64,000 nucleotides of DNA from Sminthopsis crassicaudata (GCF_048593235.1 NC_133617.1:238908937-238972936); one strand, 5' to 3'. Positions 13,409-26,429 are shown, counted from the stretch's first letter. Made by a program: numbers and translations. Notes: a model not told the origin generated them from the sequence alone.

Positions 13409-13570
13409 ACTGTGACTACACCAGCCAGTGTTGTCACAGTTACCCCAGTAAAACCATTGAATACTGTAACTCCCCTGAAGCCTTCAGTCATCGCAACACC
13501 AGCAATCCCCTCACAAGAGAGCACCCAGAAAGTTGAGACTCCAGCAGCTGTACAAACTAGTATCTCTGTG
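13409..13570 (+). CDS. TAF4B: TAF4B exon 4: TVTTPASVVTVTPVKPLNTVTPLKPS...AAVQTSISV
   Basis: Acceptor ttttcag|ACT and donor GTG|gtaata; 162 nt. Confidence 0.92.
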
Positions 13571-13682
13571 GTAATATTCTGTGATTCTTGAAATGGTTTT
13601 CCTTGCATCCTATAATCTTTTAGCTAAAGATGAATGCTTTATACTCATTGCAATGTCTTATCCTTTTCCTTCCCGTAATTAG

Positions 13683-13805
13683 GAAATGCTAGAAAATGTG
13701 ACAAAATGCAAAAACTTTCTTGCAATGTTGATAAAACTAGCATGTGGTGGGTCTCAGTCTCCAGAAATGGGACAGAATGTGAAGAAGCTTGTGGAAAATC
13801 TCTTG
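13683..13805 (+). CDS. TAF4B: TAF4B exon 5, start of TAFH domain: EMLENVTKCKNFLAMLIKLACGGSQSPEMGQNVKKLVENLL
   Basis: Acceptor attag|GAA and donor TTG|gtaagt; 123 nt; TAFH/NHR1 helix motif. Confidence 0.95.
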
Positions 13806-13816
13806 GTAAGTTATTT

Positions 13817-13944
13817 CTTTTTTTTCTGGGAGACAGGGTTAAGTGACTTGCTTGGGTTCACATAGCTAGGAAATCTGTGGCCTGATCTGAGCACTCCTGC
13901 CTCCAGATTTGGTACTCTATTATACCATTTAGCTGCACTGCTGA
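13817..13944 (-). mobile_element. Degenerate WSINE1-like SINE next to the exon 5 donor
   Basis: T-tail followed by gggttaagtgacttgcttgggttcacatagctagg; candidate target-site duplication taagttattt (13807-13816) / taagctattt (13945-13954). Confidence 0.6.
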
Positions 13945-14849
13945 TAAGCTATTTTTTTTTTTTTTTTAAACAAATCTTGCAAACCTTAAAACCAGAAGTG
14001 CCAACTTAATTTAGCATGATAGAAATGATGTTAAGTCCTAATGGGAGAGGTATTAGAAAAAGGGGAAACAATATAATTATCATCTTAAATCCCTCTTTTT
14101 TTATTAAGTGGTCTTAGTAAGCTGAACTTGAATTATAGTTATAATGTTAAAGCATTATAACATCTCTTGATCTCTTGATATAGGCTTTACTTTCCCCCTC
14201 TTTTTCACTCACCCCTCTAAAAAAAAAAAAGAAAAAAAACAGACTTAGCTTACTTACATCAGTGGTATCACACTGAAATAGAAGCAGAATCACTGTGGGG
14301 TCTGCATGTTGACTTCAAAATGAAAATAGACATTATCTGTATTGTATTTTTGTTTGTTTTTGTGACATTTCCTTATTAGTTTTTTTTATGTAGTTTGGGT
14401 CTCAGGAGAGTTTCGCTGATCTTTTTGCAAGTTTGACAGTTCTGGCTTATAAGCAGTATTTATTTTCAGTATAGAGTTATGTGTTTTGCTTTTTAAAACT
14501 TTTTAAAACTTTGCATTTTAGTTGTGTAAGCTTCTAATACAGTACCTAGCATGATTCCTGGCAAATGTTAGATACTTGTATAAATGAATCAGTATTATTT
14601 GGATATGGAATCCAGACCTGCATGCAGGGTCAGCAAATTTTCTATAACATATAAATCTTAAAAGTTCTTTTGGGAGCATTGAGAGATTAAGTAACAGATA
14701 CTATAAGATACAGGTCTTTCATGACTGGTCTTTACTGGATCCACCATATTGTTTTTTTTATTTATGGATATGTATGTTCTAGCATACATGAATATATAAA
14801 GGTGCTGTATGTTAGATTTTAATCCTTCAAAAGATCTGTGATTTAGTAG

Positions 14850-15050
14850 TTTGGGTACTGTTTTCTATCACTACAGAAAACAGCCCTTTCAGATGTTAGT
14901 TAAAAGTCCCTATGACCACAAAGCTGTTCCCCCAACATTTTGGTTCATCAAACCTTTTCAAACCAGCTTGGCTGGTTGTCAGATGATAGCTATGGAGTCC
15001 ACCTCTCTGCTTTCCTTTCTTTCCAACTTTCTAGTTGATACTTTATCCTT
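14850..15050 (-). mobile_element. Possible CR1/L3 endonuclease fragment
   Basis: The minus strand contains gtggtcatagggacttttaac, resembling the VVxGDFN motif of APE-type LINE endonucleases; frameshifted. Confidence 0.3.
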
Positions 15051-16178
15051 TGCCATTTTCTATCTGTCATAATAAAGCATTGAAGTAGGAGAATATTGCA
15101 TTTGTGATTATAAGATATTATCTTTTCCCTTTAGTATTATTACAATTTTAATTACCTTTAGGGTTAGTATAATTATTTAAAATGAAGGCTAATTTTGCTT
15201 TTTGAAGGGAAATATTCAAATATTTTGAAATGTTGAAATATAATAGGTACTAAATGGTTTGTAGTATTTGTTTTCAAAAGGAAACTTGCTGAGGATTTTC
15301 TGAATGAGAATGTATAAATGAAGTCAGAGCTGATGGTACAATCTGGTTCCCACCTACCTTTCTAGCTTTATTTTATATTCTTTTTTGGTCAACAAAACCT
15401 ATACAAGCAATTTCCCCAATATAAACATTCTAGATAAGCCTTCAAGGCTTATGTTAGATGCACCTTTTGTAATATTCTCCAGTTTTAACATGTCAACTTA
15501 AAATGCAAGGACTATGCTATTTTTGTCTTATATCCCCAGAGTGTTGCATAATGCCTTGCATATAGTAGGTATTTAAGAAATGTTCGAATTGATATTGAGG
15601 TTGGGGAGGTAGTGGGGGGGAGGCATGACCATAAAGAATTTATGTGGCTTGGAAAACAGATGTAATTTTCAAGAATTTTCCCTCTTGGTTTAGAATCTAT
15701 ATGTTCTTTTAAATACAGTGTATGTTTCTCAGAATATATCTGTTAATTTTATCTGAAATAGCATTCTAAAAGGATAATGTAGTCTGGCCAACGCATGTTG
15801 CATTTATTTTAATTTTCTCTTTTAATAGTTTCATTCTCTTCCTTTTTCCCCTCCCTATTTTAAGAAGTGGTTTTTTTTTTTTTTTGTTTTTTTTTTTGTT
15901 TTTTGCTTTGTAAAAAGTTTGTATAATTAGTGGTATTGCTCTTGTATTGGGGTATTAATTTTTTTAGAACATTTTGTGTACCTATGTCATTAGGAATCTG
16001 AATTATTATATGTATTTCTATAAAATAGCAGTTCTACTTATCCACAATGTTTACGTGCAACTGAGACTTTGTTTTAGGTTACTGAAAGTTTCCTACAGTT
16101 GAAAAGTATCTTTATCTAGATGAAGGCAAAACATATATTTTGGCAGTAGTTAATAGCATTTTATTCTTTTCTTCTAAG

Positions 16179-16268
16179 GATGCAAAAATCGAACCAGAGG
16201 AATTTACCAAAAAGTTGTACATTGAACTCAAGTCCTCACCTCAACCACATCTTGTCCCTTTTCTAAAG
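16179..16268 (+). CDS. TAF4B: TAF4B exon 6, TAFH domain: DAKIEPEEFTKKLYIELKSSPQPHLVPFLK
   Basis: Acceptor ctaag|GAT and donor AAG|gtaaga; 90 nt; SSPQPHLVPFLK is the TAFH signature. Confidence 0.96.
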
Positions 16269-17084
16269 GTAAGATTATTTTGGAGGCTGGGTATATAGGA
16301 AAGGGAGATGGGGTGGCAACTGTATGATAATAAAATTATTATGTTTAATCTGAATAAGATTATTATTACCTTACTTTGAAGAAGACTACTAAGGGAAACA
16401 TTATGAAGTATAATTTTAAGAAATAGAACATAAAGTTCTCTCCATGCTTTTTAGCTTGTAAAATTTTGAGGGGAGAATTCCTTTATATACTGGAGAAGTA
16501 GTAACCTATTTTAGTCAAACCTTTTTCCTGTGTATTTTTTCCATGAGAAATAATATACCAATTTTTATCACTTGCACAGGAACATTTCTCAGAATAGTTT
16601 GTAGATTTATAGACGATCCTCTGCCTTTAGTGAGCATTCAAATCATTTTCCTGTCTCATTGAATAGTTTGCCAACAACCTTGCTTCTTACCTGTCCTTAG
16701 GACTGACTCAAGACAGGTTTTGCAGTGGTATGACTTCTGTGGTATGGGAGGATGGGAAGATGTACTCAGGTACTTAAGTCACTTTTGAGGCTACTTTGGT
16801 TCATCCTGGACTGTTCTGTGAATTGCCCTTGTTAATTTCTTTGAAATAGCTGCCAGACTCTGGTTTTCTTCTGAAAGGTATCTAAATTGAACTTTAGTCT
16901 TCTTTATTCAAAAACTTATTTGGGTTTCACTGCTTTAAAAGGAAGAAGCAGTTAAGAGTGATAAGAGTCAATTGTTAGGCATATTATGGATTAAAGAGTT
17001 TATTCCCTGTTTCCCTCTGTTAGCACTAAAATTCTTTGGAAAGCTTTCATAGGACTGCAGTAACAGAAATTTAATTTATAGTTA

Positions 17085-17345
17085 GGATGGTTTAGTAGTG
17101 CAATGAATAGAATGTTGGACTTAGGAAATGAATGCAATGAATAGAATGTTGGAGTTAGGAAATTCAGCTTTCCACAGTGACAAGCTATAAGACTTCACTG
17201 CTCTTTGTCTCAGGTTCCTTATTTGTAAAATTGAGAAAATAATGGCTTGTAGTATCTCACAGGGTTATGAACAGCAGATGAAATGTTTGTAAAGCACTTC
17301 AGAAACCCTAAAGCTCTCTATATAAATGCTAGCTCTTATTATTTG
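17085..17345 (+). mobile_element. MIR/CORE SINE with a 34-bp tandem duplication in its head
   Basis: tgcaatgaatagaatgttgga(c/g)ttaggaaat occurs twice (17099-17162), followed by the core ctcaggttccttatttgtaaaa. Confidence 0.6.
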
Positions 17346-17519
17346 AAGACATTATATGAAAAAGGGAAGCAGTGGGTAGTAGAAGTGGAAAGAAAAGTTA
17401 CTAAATTGGGGTGGGTTAGTTAATTCCTGAAATTCAGTATGTCTCCTTTAACAAGATGAGGACTATTTTTTCATTATTATCTTACATCACTCTCTTCCCA
17501 GATTTTCTTGTACTTTTAG

Positions 17520-18200
17520 TTTTTTTAAGAAAGATTTTAAAAATCCTTTTTGAGCTCTTCCATGACAGGCTAATTCACATTTTTCTTTAAGGCTTTGGAT
17601 ATGAGTTGTTGACTTTGTTGTCTTCTGAATTTGTATTTTGATTTTTCCCTGTCATCATAGTAACTTTATTCAGAATATTTTTCTGCTGTTTGTTCATTTT
17701 CAAGCTGGTTTTTTAAAATGTGTGTTAAAGTGGGGTTCACTTCTGGAGTCCCAAGCTTCAGAGGGGGTGTATGTGTATGTGTGTGTGTGTGTTTTGCAGT
17801 TTTCAGACTTCCAAGTTTTCATTCCTTCCAAGATGGTATGATTTATGGAGAGGTGTGTTTGCCATTTTCCTCAACCAATAAACTTTAGTGACTGGTTTGT
17901 GAGTGACTATAAGTACTCTTTTCCTTTACCCTGAAACTTTGGCCATGGTCCCTGGTTGACCACAAACTCTGGTGTTCTATTGCTTCTCCTCATTTTGGGA
18001 CTGGGACGCAGAACTGTGATCTACTTCCACATATAAGCAATACAACAGAGTCCTGCCCCTGGTGCCAGCAAAAGAACCCCTGTAAATATTCTTCTGACCA
18101 GATGTCCAGCTCTCTTGCTTGTCTGTGGTTTGAAAGGTCTGGAAATTACCACTACTGCCACTAATTCAGTCTCCCTGATGCTGATGTTGATTTAAGTATA
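17520..18200 (-). mobile_element. Old L1 5'UTR/ORF1-region fragment
   Basis: Resembles antisense marsupial L1 5' sequence as recalled; no intact ORF. Confidence 0.35.
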
Positions 18201-18864
18201 TTTCTCCTGTATCATGGCTGTTTCCTTCTAAATGGTTAGTGTGAACTTTTTGATTAACTAAATAAGGGGAGAAAAAAGAGGAAAGATAACAGCATCTGTC
18301 AGGTACTTTGCTAAGTACTTTATAAATATTATTTGATTCTCACAACTCATCCTTCTTTAACAATTGAGGAAACTGACAAAATGAGATTAAGGGTCTGAGG
18401 CTGTATTTGAATTTAGTTCTTTCTCACTCTAAGCCCAGTGCTTTTTCCACTAAACCTCTTAGCTGCCTCTAACAATTGTAAAATATTATATCTTGTCTAG
18501 ATTACTATGAAACTGTGGCATTCAGATGTCATATAAATATAAATATAAATATGCCTTAATGATTTCTTTGGGTGAATGTTGTAAAGACTCCCAAAGAGTA
18601 GTGGGGTTATAAATTAGTAAATATTAGCACTTCTACTAATGAAAAATAGCCATTTTCCATTGAAAGAAAAAAAAAATTTATTTTAATGATTAAGTTCTGT
18701 TATCTAGGAAGAAAGTTTTATAAATATAGGTCACATCTATGTAATCAGTTTTAAAGGTTTTTGTCTTCTCCCCAAACTTTTTTTAATAGTTGAATTTTCA
18801 AGGAGTTTTAAATGTACTGCTTTTTGAAAATAACAATTTATTTTAAACTTAAATCAAATGATCA

Positions 18865-19280
18865 ATTCTGATGGACATGGCTCTCTTCAACAATGAGACA
18901 ATTCAAATCAAGTTCCAATTGTCCAGTAATGAAGAGAGCCATTTACACCCAGCGAGGGGACTATGGGAACTGAGTGTGGATCACAACATAGCATTTTCAC
19001 TCTTTCTGTTATTGTTTGCTTGCATTTTTGTTTTCCTTCTCAGGATTTCTTTTTTTCTTTCTAGATCTGATTTTTCTTGTGCATCAAGATAACTATAGAT
19101 ATGTGTACATATATTGGATTTAACATATTTAACATTTATTGGACTATCTACCATCTAGGGGAGGGGATGGAAGGAAAGAGGGGAAATTTGGAACAGCAAG
19201 GGTCAATGTTTAAAAAGATTAAAAAGATTACCCATGCATATGTTTTGTAAATAAAAAGATATAATAATTTTAAAAAAAAC
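18865..19280 (+). mobile_element. 5'-truncated L1, 3'UTR only
   Basis: L1 3'UTR text ctgatggacatggctctcttcaacaatgag..., G-rich stretch, then gtaaataaaaag and an A-rich tail. Confidence 0.8.
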
Positions 19281-20726
19281 TTAAAATAGAAAAAAAATTC
19301 ATGTGCACCACAAACATGAGAGGATTCAAAATATATAGCAATAAATTTCCATTTCAAGAAAGCCTACGTATAACAAATACTATGCGTTGTGTTCAGAGCT
19401 ATCTATCTTATCCTTTGTATTCTGCATTTTTTAAAATAACCTTTTTAAAATTTTAGACAAATGTAATTTTTCCTCTAATTTTATTTAGGGCTAAGTATGG
19501 TCATCCATTTTTGCATTCTTCATGCTTCTTTAAAAGTGTTATTGCTATTATCAAGTTTCAGAGAATCTTTTCTAAATTACTTTTTAAAAGATTTAGATTA
19601 GGAATATCAGAAATGACAACTTTTTGAGAACTATTTGATAATGTTAAGGATTATTCAGATTTCACTTCTTTTTTTGGTTTAATGGCAGAAATGAGATTTT
19701 GAGAAGTTCAATATCACAGGGACATTTGAATAACTAGCTTCATGATAATATTACTTGGTTTATTTAGTTTTAACTAATTTTGAATAAATTTTCAAAGTAT
19801 TTTGGACTTTAGGGTTCTTGTTGACTTAAAGAGGAAATTCTATTTATCCCTTTCATTTTCTCCATCATCACCTCTTAGCGTCCTAGTGAAGCACATTTGA
19901 CTGCAATGAAGACATTTACCTTACTTTTGTCTTTCTTTTCTGATTATGCTTCACCTCTTTCAGGTGTGATAGCTTAGTCTTCATTTAGACAGAAGAAAGA
20001 AATCAGAATGTAGTGGAACAATGAAAATATATTCTAGTGGTATAATCTAAAAATAGTTTTAAATTATTCTTTTTTCGAGGGAAAAAATCATTTCAGCTTG
20101 TAGTTATTAAAAAAATTTTTTATATCTTATTTTTAAAAAATAACAGCTGGATTTGCCCCAGTATCCATTTTCTTCCCTATTTCTGAGGAACCATTGCATA
20201 AAACAGATAATCAGCTTTTTAACTATTAATGCAACATCTGAAAATTCTTAATTTCAGCCTTTACTTTCTAAAAAGAAGATTAAAGCCATTTGGTAATGAT
20301 CTAACTTTCTTAGTATTTCTTTTTCTATTTTCATTTTATTTCCTGGAACTCAGTTTTTAAATTCATGAATACTGTGGTAATGTTATTAAAGCCCCAGTAC
20401 AGATCTGGTTTGTTTATAGCAGGGGCCCTTGAAGTTTGGGGGGATTTAAATGAATGTTATATATTTTAATTTTAACTTTGGTCCAAAGTATATTTAAATG
20501 TTTGCATATGGTTGTTTTTTTGTTGTTTTGGGTTTTTTTGGTAACAGTTTTCAATTATGTTTTTTAAAAACACTAATTTCCTCACAGCTTTTAGGAAGAC
20601 TTCCATTCTAGGATTGACATAGTGTTTTGAATTAGCATGCCACTATTGAATAAGTGACAGAATTTGATGATAAAAATTTTATCCATAATATTTATTTGCT
20701 AAGGCTGAATATATAACAGATTTTCT

Positions 20727-21015
20727 GAGGCAGCTAGGTGGTACAGTGAAAAGAGCTGTGGACCTGGAGTTAGGAATACCTGACTCACATCTAAATTGAC
20801 GGTGGTCTTCAGTTACTATCTTTGTATCCATGGGCAATTCACTTAACATCTCTTTGCCTCAGTTTCCTCATCACATAAAATAGGGATAATAATAGCACCT
20901 ATTTTGCAGTTTTATTGTGAGAATTAAGATGAAATAATAATAGTAAAATGATTCACATAATGCTTGGCACAGAGTAAGTACTATATAGATGTTAGTGTTG
21001 TTACTATTGTTGTTT
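20727..21015 (+). mobile_element. CORE SINE (MIR/Ther-like)
   Basis: Head gaggcagctaggtggtacagtg, core tgcctcagtttcctcatc and a (gtt)n-like tail. Confidence 0.7.
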
Positions 21016-21180
21016 TATTGGCAATTGTTATTTTAAAAAAGCAAATAGGGTTTTTGGAATTGTGGGGAAAGTTTGCATAGCAAATAACAGTTCATAAATG
21101 TTTATTTCAAGTACTTTTTGTTTTTTAATTGCTTGGTTGTTTGGTTCTTAGTGATAAGTATTGAATTTTTCCATTTTTAG

Positions 21181-21924
21181 AAAAGTGTGACTGCCTTACG
21201 ACAGCTAATGCCCAGCTCCCAGAGCTTCATTGAGCAGTGTGTCCAGCAAACTCCTTCCCAGGTCGTCATTCCTACATGTGCCACAGTCACTTATCCTCCT
21301 CCTGTAGTGACAACAGCTGTTTCTTCCATCCACACGGAAAAGCCCGTCCATGTTTCCACAGCACCAACAGTGGGCACTGTCTCCATTCAGACTGCGAGTC
21401 CTATGGCTAGTACTGGAGGCATTGGAGTTGTCGCCCTTCGCTCTGGAAGCCCCGTTATTGGAGCTGGAGGACCCACAGTCGGAGCTGTTGCTGTCCACCC
21501 TATAAATCCAGCTTCTGTCCCAGGAGGTGTGACTAGCAAGGCTGTCACGCTCCATTCTGTAAGTTCAACCACCAGTCCAGCAGGAGTAACAGCTGGAACT
21601 GTCTTCCTTCAACCTGCAAAGCCTCTTGTGACCTGTGGTGCTACTACAGTAGCAACTGTTTCACTGCAACCTGAAAAACCCCTCATCCCTGGGGCAGCAG
21701 TAACGCTGTCACTTCCACCAACAAAACCCACTGTGACTTCTGGAGAAGTTGTGGGGCCATCCATTTCTCTTCCACCTTCAAAGTCAGTTGTGAATTCTGG
21801 AGTAGCCACATCTGCCTCTGTAAAGCCTGTCATTGGGCCTCCTATTCATATCAAACTTACACAACCTGGCTCCTTCCTTTCACAACCAGCCAGTACTCCA
21901 CAAACTCTGAAATTCAAACAGTTA
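21181..21924 (+). CDS. TAF4B: TAF4B exon 7 (248 aa): KSVTALRQLMPSSQSFIEQC...QTLKFKQL
   Basis: Acceptor tttttag|AAA and donor TTA|gtgagt; 744 nt inside ORF 21187..21954; end of TAFH followed by a V/T/P/S/G-rich region. Confidence 0.94.
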
Positions 21925-22159
21925 GTGAGTAACATTTTTTCCCCTCTAATATAGTCATTAATTTTGGGGAATTAAGGCCAATTGTTTCTAGACTTGGTAG
22001 TTGTAGGAATTTCACGGAAATAAAGGGACTAACGGAAAGCTTGTTGATTGATTTAATTATAGCATGTTTAATGATCTAATTGAAAGTTTTGTTGAGAGGA
22101 TGTATGTGTTCCTTTAGATTTCACCTGCAAGGAATTATAGGAGCAATTTCTAGGTGTAG

Positions 22160-22372
22160 CTAGGTGGGGTGGTGGGTAAAGCACTATAGTAAGGAAGACC
22201 TGAGTTAAAATCTAGCCTTAGACACTGACTAGCTGTGTGATCCTGAGCAAGTTATTTAACCTCTTTTGCCTCAGTTTCCTCATGGGGAAAATGGGATTAA
22301 TGACAGCATACTTCCCAGGGTTGTTGTGAAGATCAATTCAGATTATTGTTAAAGTGCTTAGCACAATGTTGG
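22160..22372 (+). mobile_element. CORE SINE (MIR/Ther-like)
   Basis: gagttaaaatctagcc...gctgtgtgatcctgagcaagttatttaacc...gcctcagtttcctc. Confidence 0.7.
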
Positions 22373-23899
22373 ATTGGCACTCTTGTGTAGTCATTTAAGC
22401 AGTTTAAGTTTATATGGTGCTCTATACTTTAGGATTGTTTTAAAGAAAACATTCTATAAAATGTAGATTGAGGAAAAGACTTGCAGAAACTGGTTAAGTG
22501 GTCAGTATCACATAATTCAATTTCAGGTTGTCTTAACCCATAAGAATTGTTCTTTCACATCATGCGATACTTTTGTTCCTTAACTTAGATCATAATATTG
22601 TTCTCTTTTTGAGATTGTAGGCTTTTAGTTACATCTTACAGGCTATTTTATGCCAAGTTCTGTGCTGATAGTGGGGCAGTAATAGAGGTAGCCCCTATGT
22701 AGGAGTACATTTTGTACACAAAAATCTCAAACCAGATTGGGAAAGGAATGAAGAAAAAGAGAAAGGAGGCAATTGTTCTAAATGTGGGAAGGTGAATAAT
22801 TCAAAGTTACTGAGTATATTACTGCAGAATAGAGAGATTCTGTAATCTACTCCCACATATCAGGGACAACCAGTGAATGGTGACAATCATTTCTTGTCCT
22901 TTTAAAGCCCTGGCTAATCTCTTGCCTACCTCTTTTTGGGTCTGTCAAACACATGAGTGGAAAATATTCATGGCATGGCACTGGGAAGACCCAAGGTTAA
23001 TTTTAAGAACAGCCATATCACAACAGGGTTTCAGGGTTCCAAGGGGATTGTTAGAGAGGAGGAGATAACTATATATATGATAAAATTGTCCCAAGGTAGG
23101 TGGCCCATCCTGAACAGAAGTAAATCTGTTATATATCCTCTATAGGTCATACTCAAGTTTGTGTATTTGTGGGTCCATGATCATTCCTCTCCAGAAAGAA
23201 AAAATAAAACATTTCTCACAGTATTTTGGCTTTTCTTGGAATACTTTAAGGAAATTGTAACCAAGAATGAGAATTGTGTCTAGTTAATTGACATACAATT
23301 CTTCAATTATGTTTCTTCCATCATTCTTTCAAGGAATGTAAACTGTGTTCTTTTTCTGAGAGTTTACTGTTTTTGTTTGCCTTTGTTTCAATTTCAGTTA
23401 ACAAATTTGATTTTAGTATTCATGTCTAGCTATTTAAAACAGATTGGATACAGCAAAGGCTGCTGTAGCTAAATACTGGCTAGTGGAGATGTATTATAAT
23501 CAGGCTTCTAACAGAGTTACCTGAGGCACAAAATACCATAAACTATTTTGTGTGGTAATGCCTCACGGAATGGGGTTTAATACTCACAGAGCTGGAAGAA
23601 TCCATGAAATAGAATCATTTTTAGATGACTTAAATTAGCAGTACTGAAGTTAAAAAATGAATAATTAAAAATGAAAAAGACTATCATGACTAGGTTTGTA
23701 ATAAGAGATGATCTAATTTAATTTTGAGTCTAAGTAAAAGGGAAAACATCCTGCTAGAAGTACAGGGAGTTTTGAAATACTTCAGAGAAAGTATATAGGG
23801 AAATGTAGGGGAAAAAAAATATGGCAAATACTGACTAAGAATGTTAATCCATGGATTTAGTTTGTAGTCTATATATCCCATCTATAATAGAAGGCAGTG

Positions 23900-24790
23900 T
23901 TTTCTTAGGTGCATTTCAACATTTCCATGTACGAGGTATTCTGCTAAGTGCCAAGGATACAAAAATGAACAGTGAATACAGTCCTTACCCTTAAGTAACC
24001 TACAGTGCATAGGGGGACAGCATGAATAGCAGTAGAAAAAAATATGGTGTGCATACCTACTATTATGATAGAAGCAAAGAAAAGACCCAGAGTCCTATGT
24101 GAAATTTTGATGAGCTAGAGAACTCATTCATTTAAGGATATTGAATAAGGAGATAGAAATCAGTGGATTTTATGGAAAAACATCAAAACAGGCTTGAAGA
24201 GAAGATTTATTCAGTATATTAATGGCAGATGGAGGTCAAGATTGGGTGACATTTAACACTGTGTAATTTTGTTGGCGTGTTGGCTTTTAGGAAGGGGGAG
24301 AATATTATGAAAAAAAAGGTTGAAAGGGAAACCAGAATTAGAAATGTCATTCTGGGGAGCTGGAATTTTATCCTTTTGCCTTTTGCAATTAGGGAGACAT
24401 TGAAAGATTCCAAATGGAAGAATGATATCAGATAAATACCTTGTCAAAGTCTTTTTAGCATCTTTGTGAAGAATGGATTAGAAAGGAGCAAAATAGTGGC
24501 AGGAAGACCAGTTAGTTGGCTATTAGGAAAGAGATAATTAGGATCTGAACTAAGTTGGTTGTTATGTGAGTGAAAAAGACCATGTCTGTGAAAAGATGGT
24601 GTGGAAGTGGAAGCAGTCATGCCTGGCAACTTGTAGGTTATATGTGAGTAAGTGAAAAAGAAGAAAAGGTGATTCAGTTACGAGCCTTAGTGATTGGAGG
24701 AAAAGTGGTTGGTGCCTTCAAAAAATTGGTTGGTAAAGACATTTTTGAGTTTAGCTTTGGACATAATAAATTTGAGAGGCCAGTGGAACA
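23900..24790 (-). mobile_element. L2 LINE fragment
   Basis: Antisense L2 3' end (ctgctaagtgccaaggatacaaaaatga...) continuing into the purine-rich L2 body. Confidence 0.6.
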
Positions 24791-26429
24791 AAGAGGATTT
24801 GGTTCTAATTAATTATCTTTGGATTTATTTAAACCCGTTTTGACTTCACTTAAAATTTCTGCTTGTTGTCATTTGGGATATCAAATCTTAAATTATAGCT
24901 TCTGAGCAAAGGCAAAAATAGTACTTTTTAACTTTTTATTTGTGCTAATAAGTGGAAACAATTTTTTTTTAAAAATGTGGTCCCTAGATGTTTACTTTTT
25001 TTTTTTAACTTATTTTTAACATTGCCTATTCTTCATGCTATTACAAACTTTGACCATAATTGCCCCTCAATTTTCATCTTTGCACACTGAAATTTTTTTT
25101 CCTAAATTTTTTTTTTTTAGCCTATTTCAATATGTCAGTTTCTGTATTCTCTTGATTATCATTTTGGTTGTTCTTTTCTGGGCCTGCTCTTGCTCTGTTT
25201 ATTTCTACATTGAAGTGCATTGACTAGAACTTCATGGAATAGATGAATCATGCTTTTGTTCAAAGATAGGGTAATGTTTTCTGATGATATTTAATATAAT
25301 ATAGCCTATTATCAGAAGTGTTATCATTTCTTTGTAGATTCTACCATTTCTATATAGTTTGAGGTGAATTTTTATATCTTAAGAGAACAGAATAGCTGTT
25401 AGTACGCAGATTATTCATAAATATAAAGATAGGCAACACAAAACCTTTTCTGTTGCCAAAATAGAGTGTGATCCTTATCAGGGTTATAAGATGAATTGCT
25501 TGAAAAGGTCTGTTACTTTTGGATTCAAGAAGATCTGGTGTAGATCCTTTCTCTGACACACACATGCATGCATGCATACACATACATGTTGCATGGCTGT
25601 AAAAGCATATTGTTTAACCTCTCTTTTAGTTGCCATAATCATCTAAGATGTAAGTTATAGATAAGTTGCAGATCTGCCTTGGTGGAGAAAGTTTCCACAT
25701 AGATGAAATAAGAGATTCAGACACACCTTCCCCAAGACAACCCCCCCTGATTCTAGAAAGTTGCTGTGGCCAAAATTTTTTTGGCCTATGGCTAATCTTG
25801 TGATGATCCCTGGACAACATTAAGAACAAATTAGAGGCAAGTATAAAAATATCAAAGTACCAAATATAAATATAAATATATTTTAAATTAAATATATTAA
25901 ATTTTAAATTAATTAATTATTAAATTAAACATATTAATTAAATTAATTAATTATTTAATTAATAATGTATTAAATGTATTTTAAATATAAGTACATCATG
26001 ACCAAACATTTATGCCAGATACATGTAAACCTAGAGTTGAGAGACCCCTCACATGCCAAGTTAGGCCCACCTTCTCATTTTATCACATGAGAAAACTGAG
26101 ACCAGAAGGGTTAAGTGATGTCACAGGTAATAAAGAACAGAGATGAGACTTGAGACATTTGATGCCAGAGCCAGTGCTTTTTCAGTTGGACTATGGTCTT
26201 GTCACCCTGAGAGTTTTTGATAAAAATCTAGTATTTGTTCATGTTAATATGGCTGACAGAACAATAGAATAGGAAGAAATAAAATTTTCCTTACCATGAT
26301 AAAAGCAATTTACCTTACCCAAGTTCCAGCATTTGTGAGATGGAAAAACATTTAGAAGCATTCTCACTAAAAATTCATACATTACCAAAGTATTCATTTT
26401 TCACTATTTCTGATTCAACAGATAACTCT

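Noticed and set aside
13405-13608. Minus-strand 67-aa ORF
   Set aside because: Antisense shadow of exon 4.
19964-20040. Strong acceptor cttcacctctttcag|GTGTGA in intron 6
   Set aside because: Immediate stop codon and no convincing donor; not distinguishable from background without RNA data.
21205-21833. Three minus-strand ORFs (116, 61 and 74 aa)
   Set aside because: Antisense shadows of the GC-richer exon 7; no independent gene signals.
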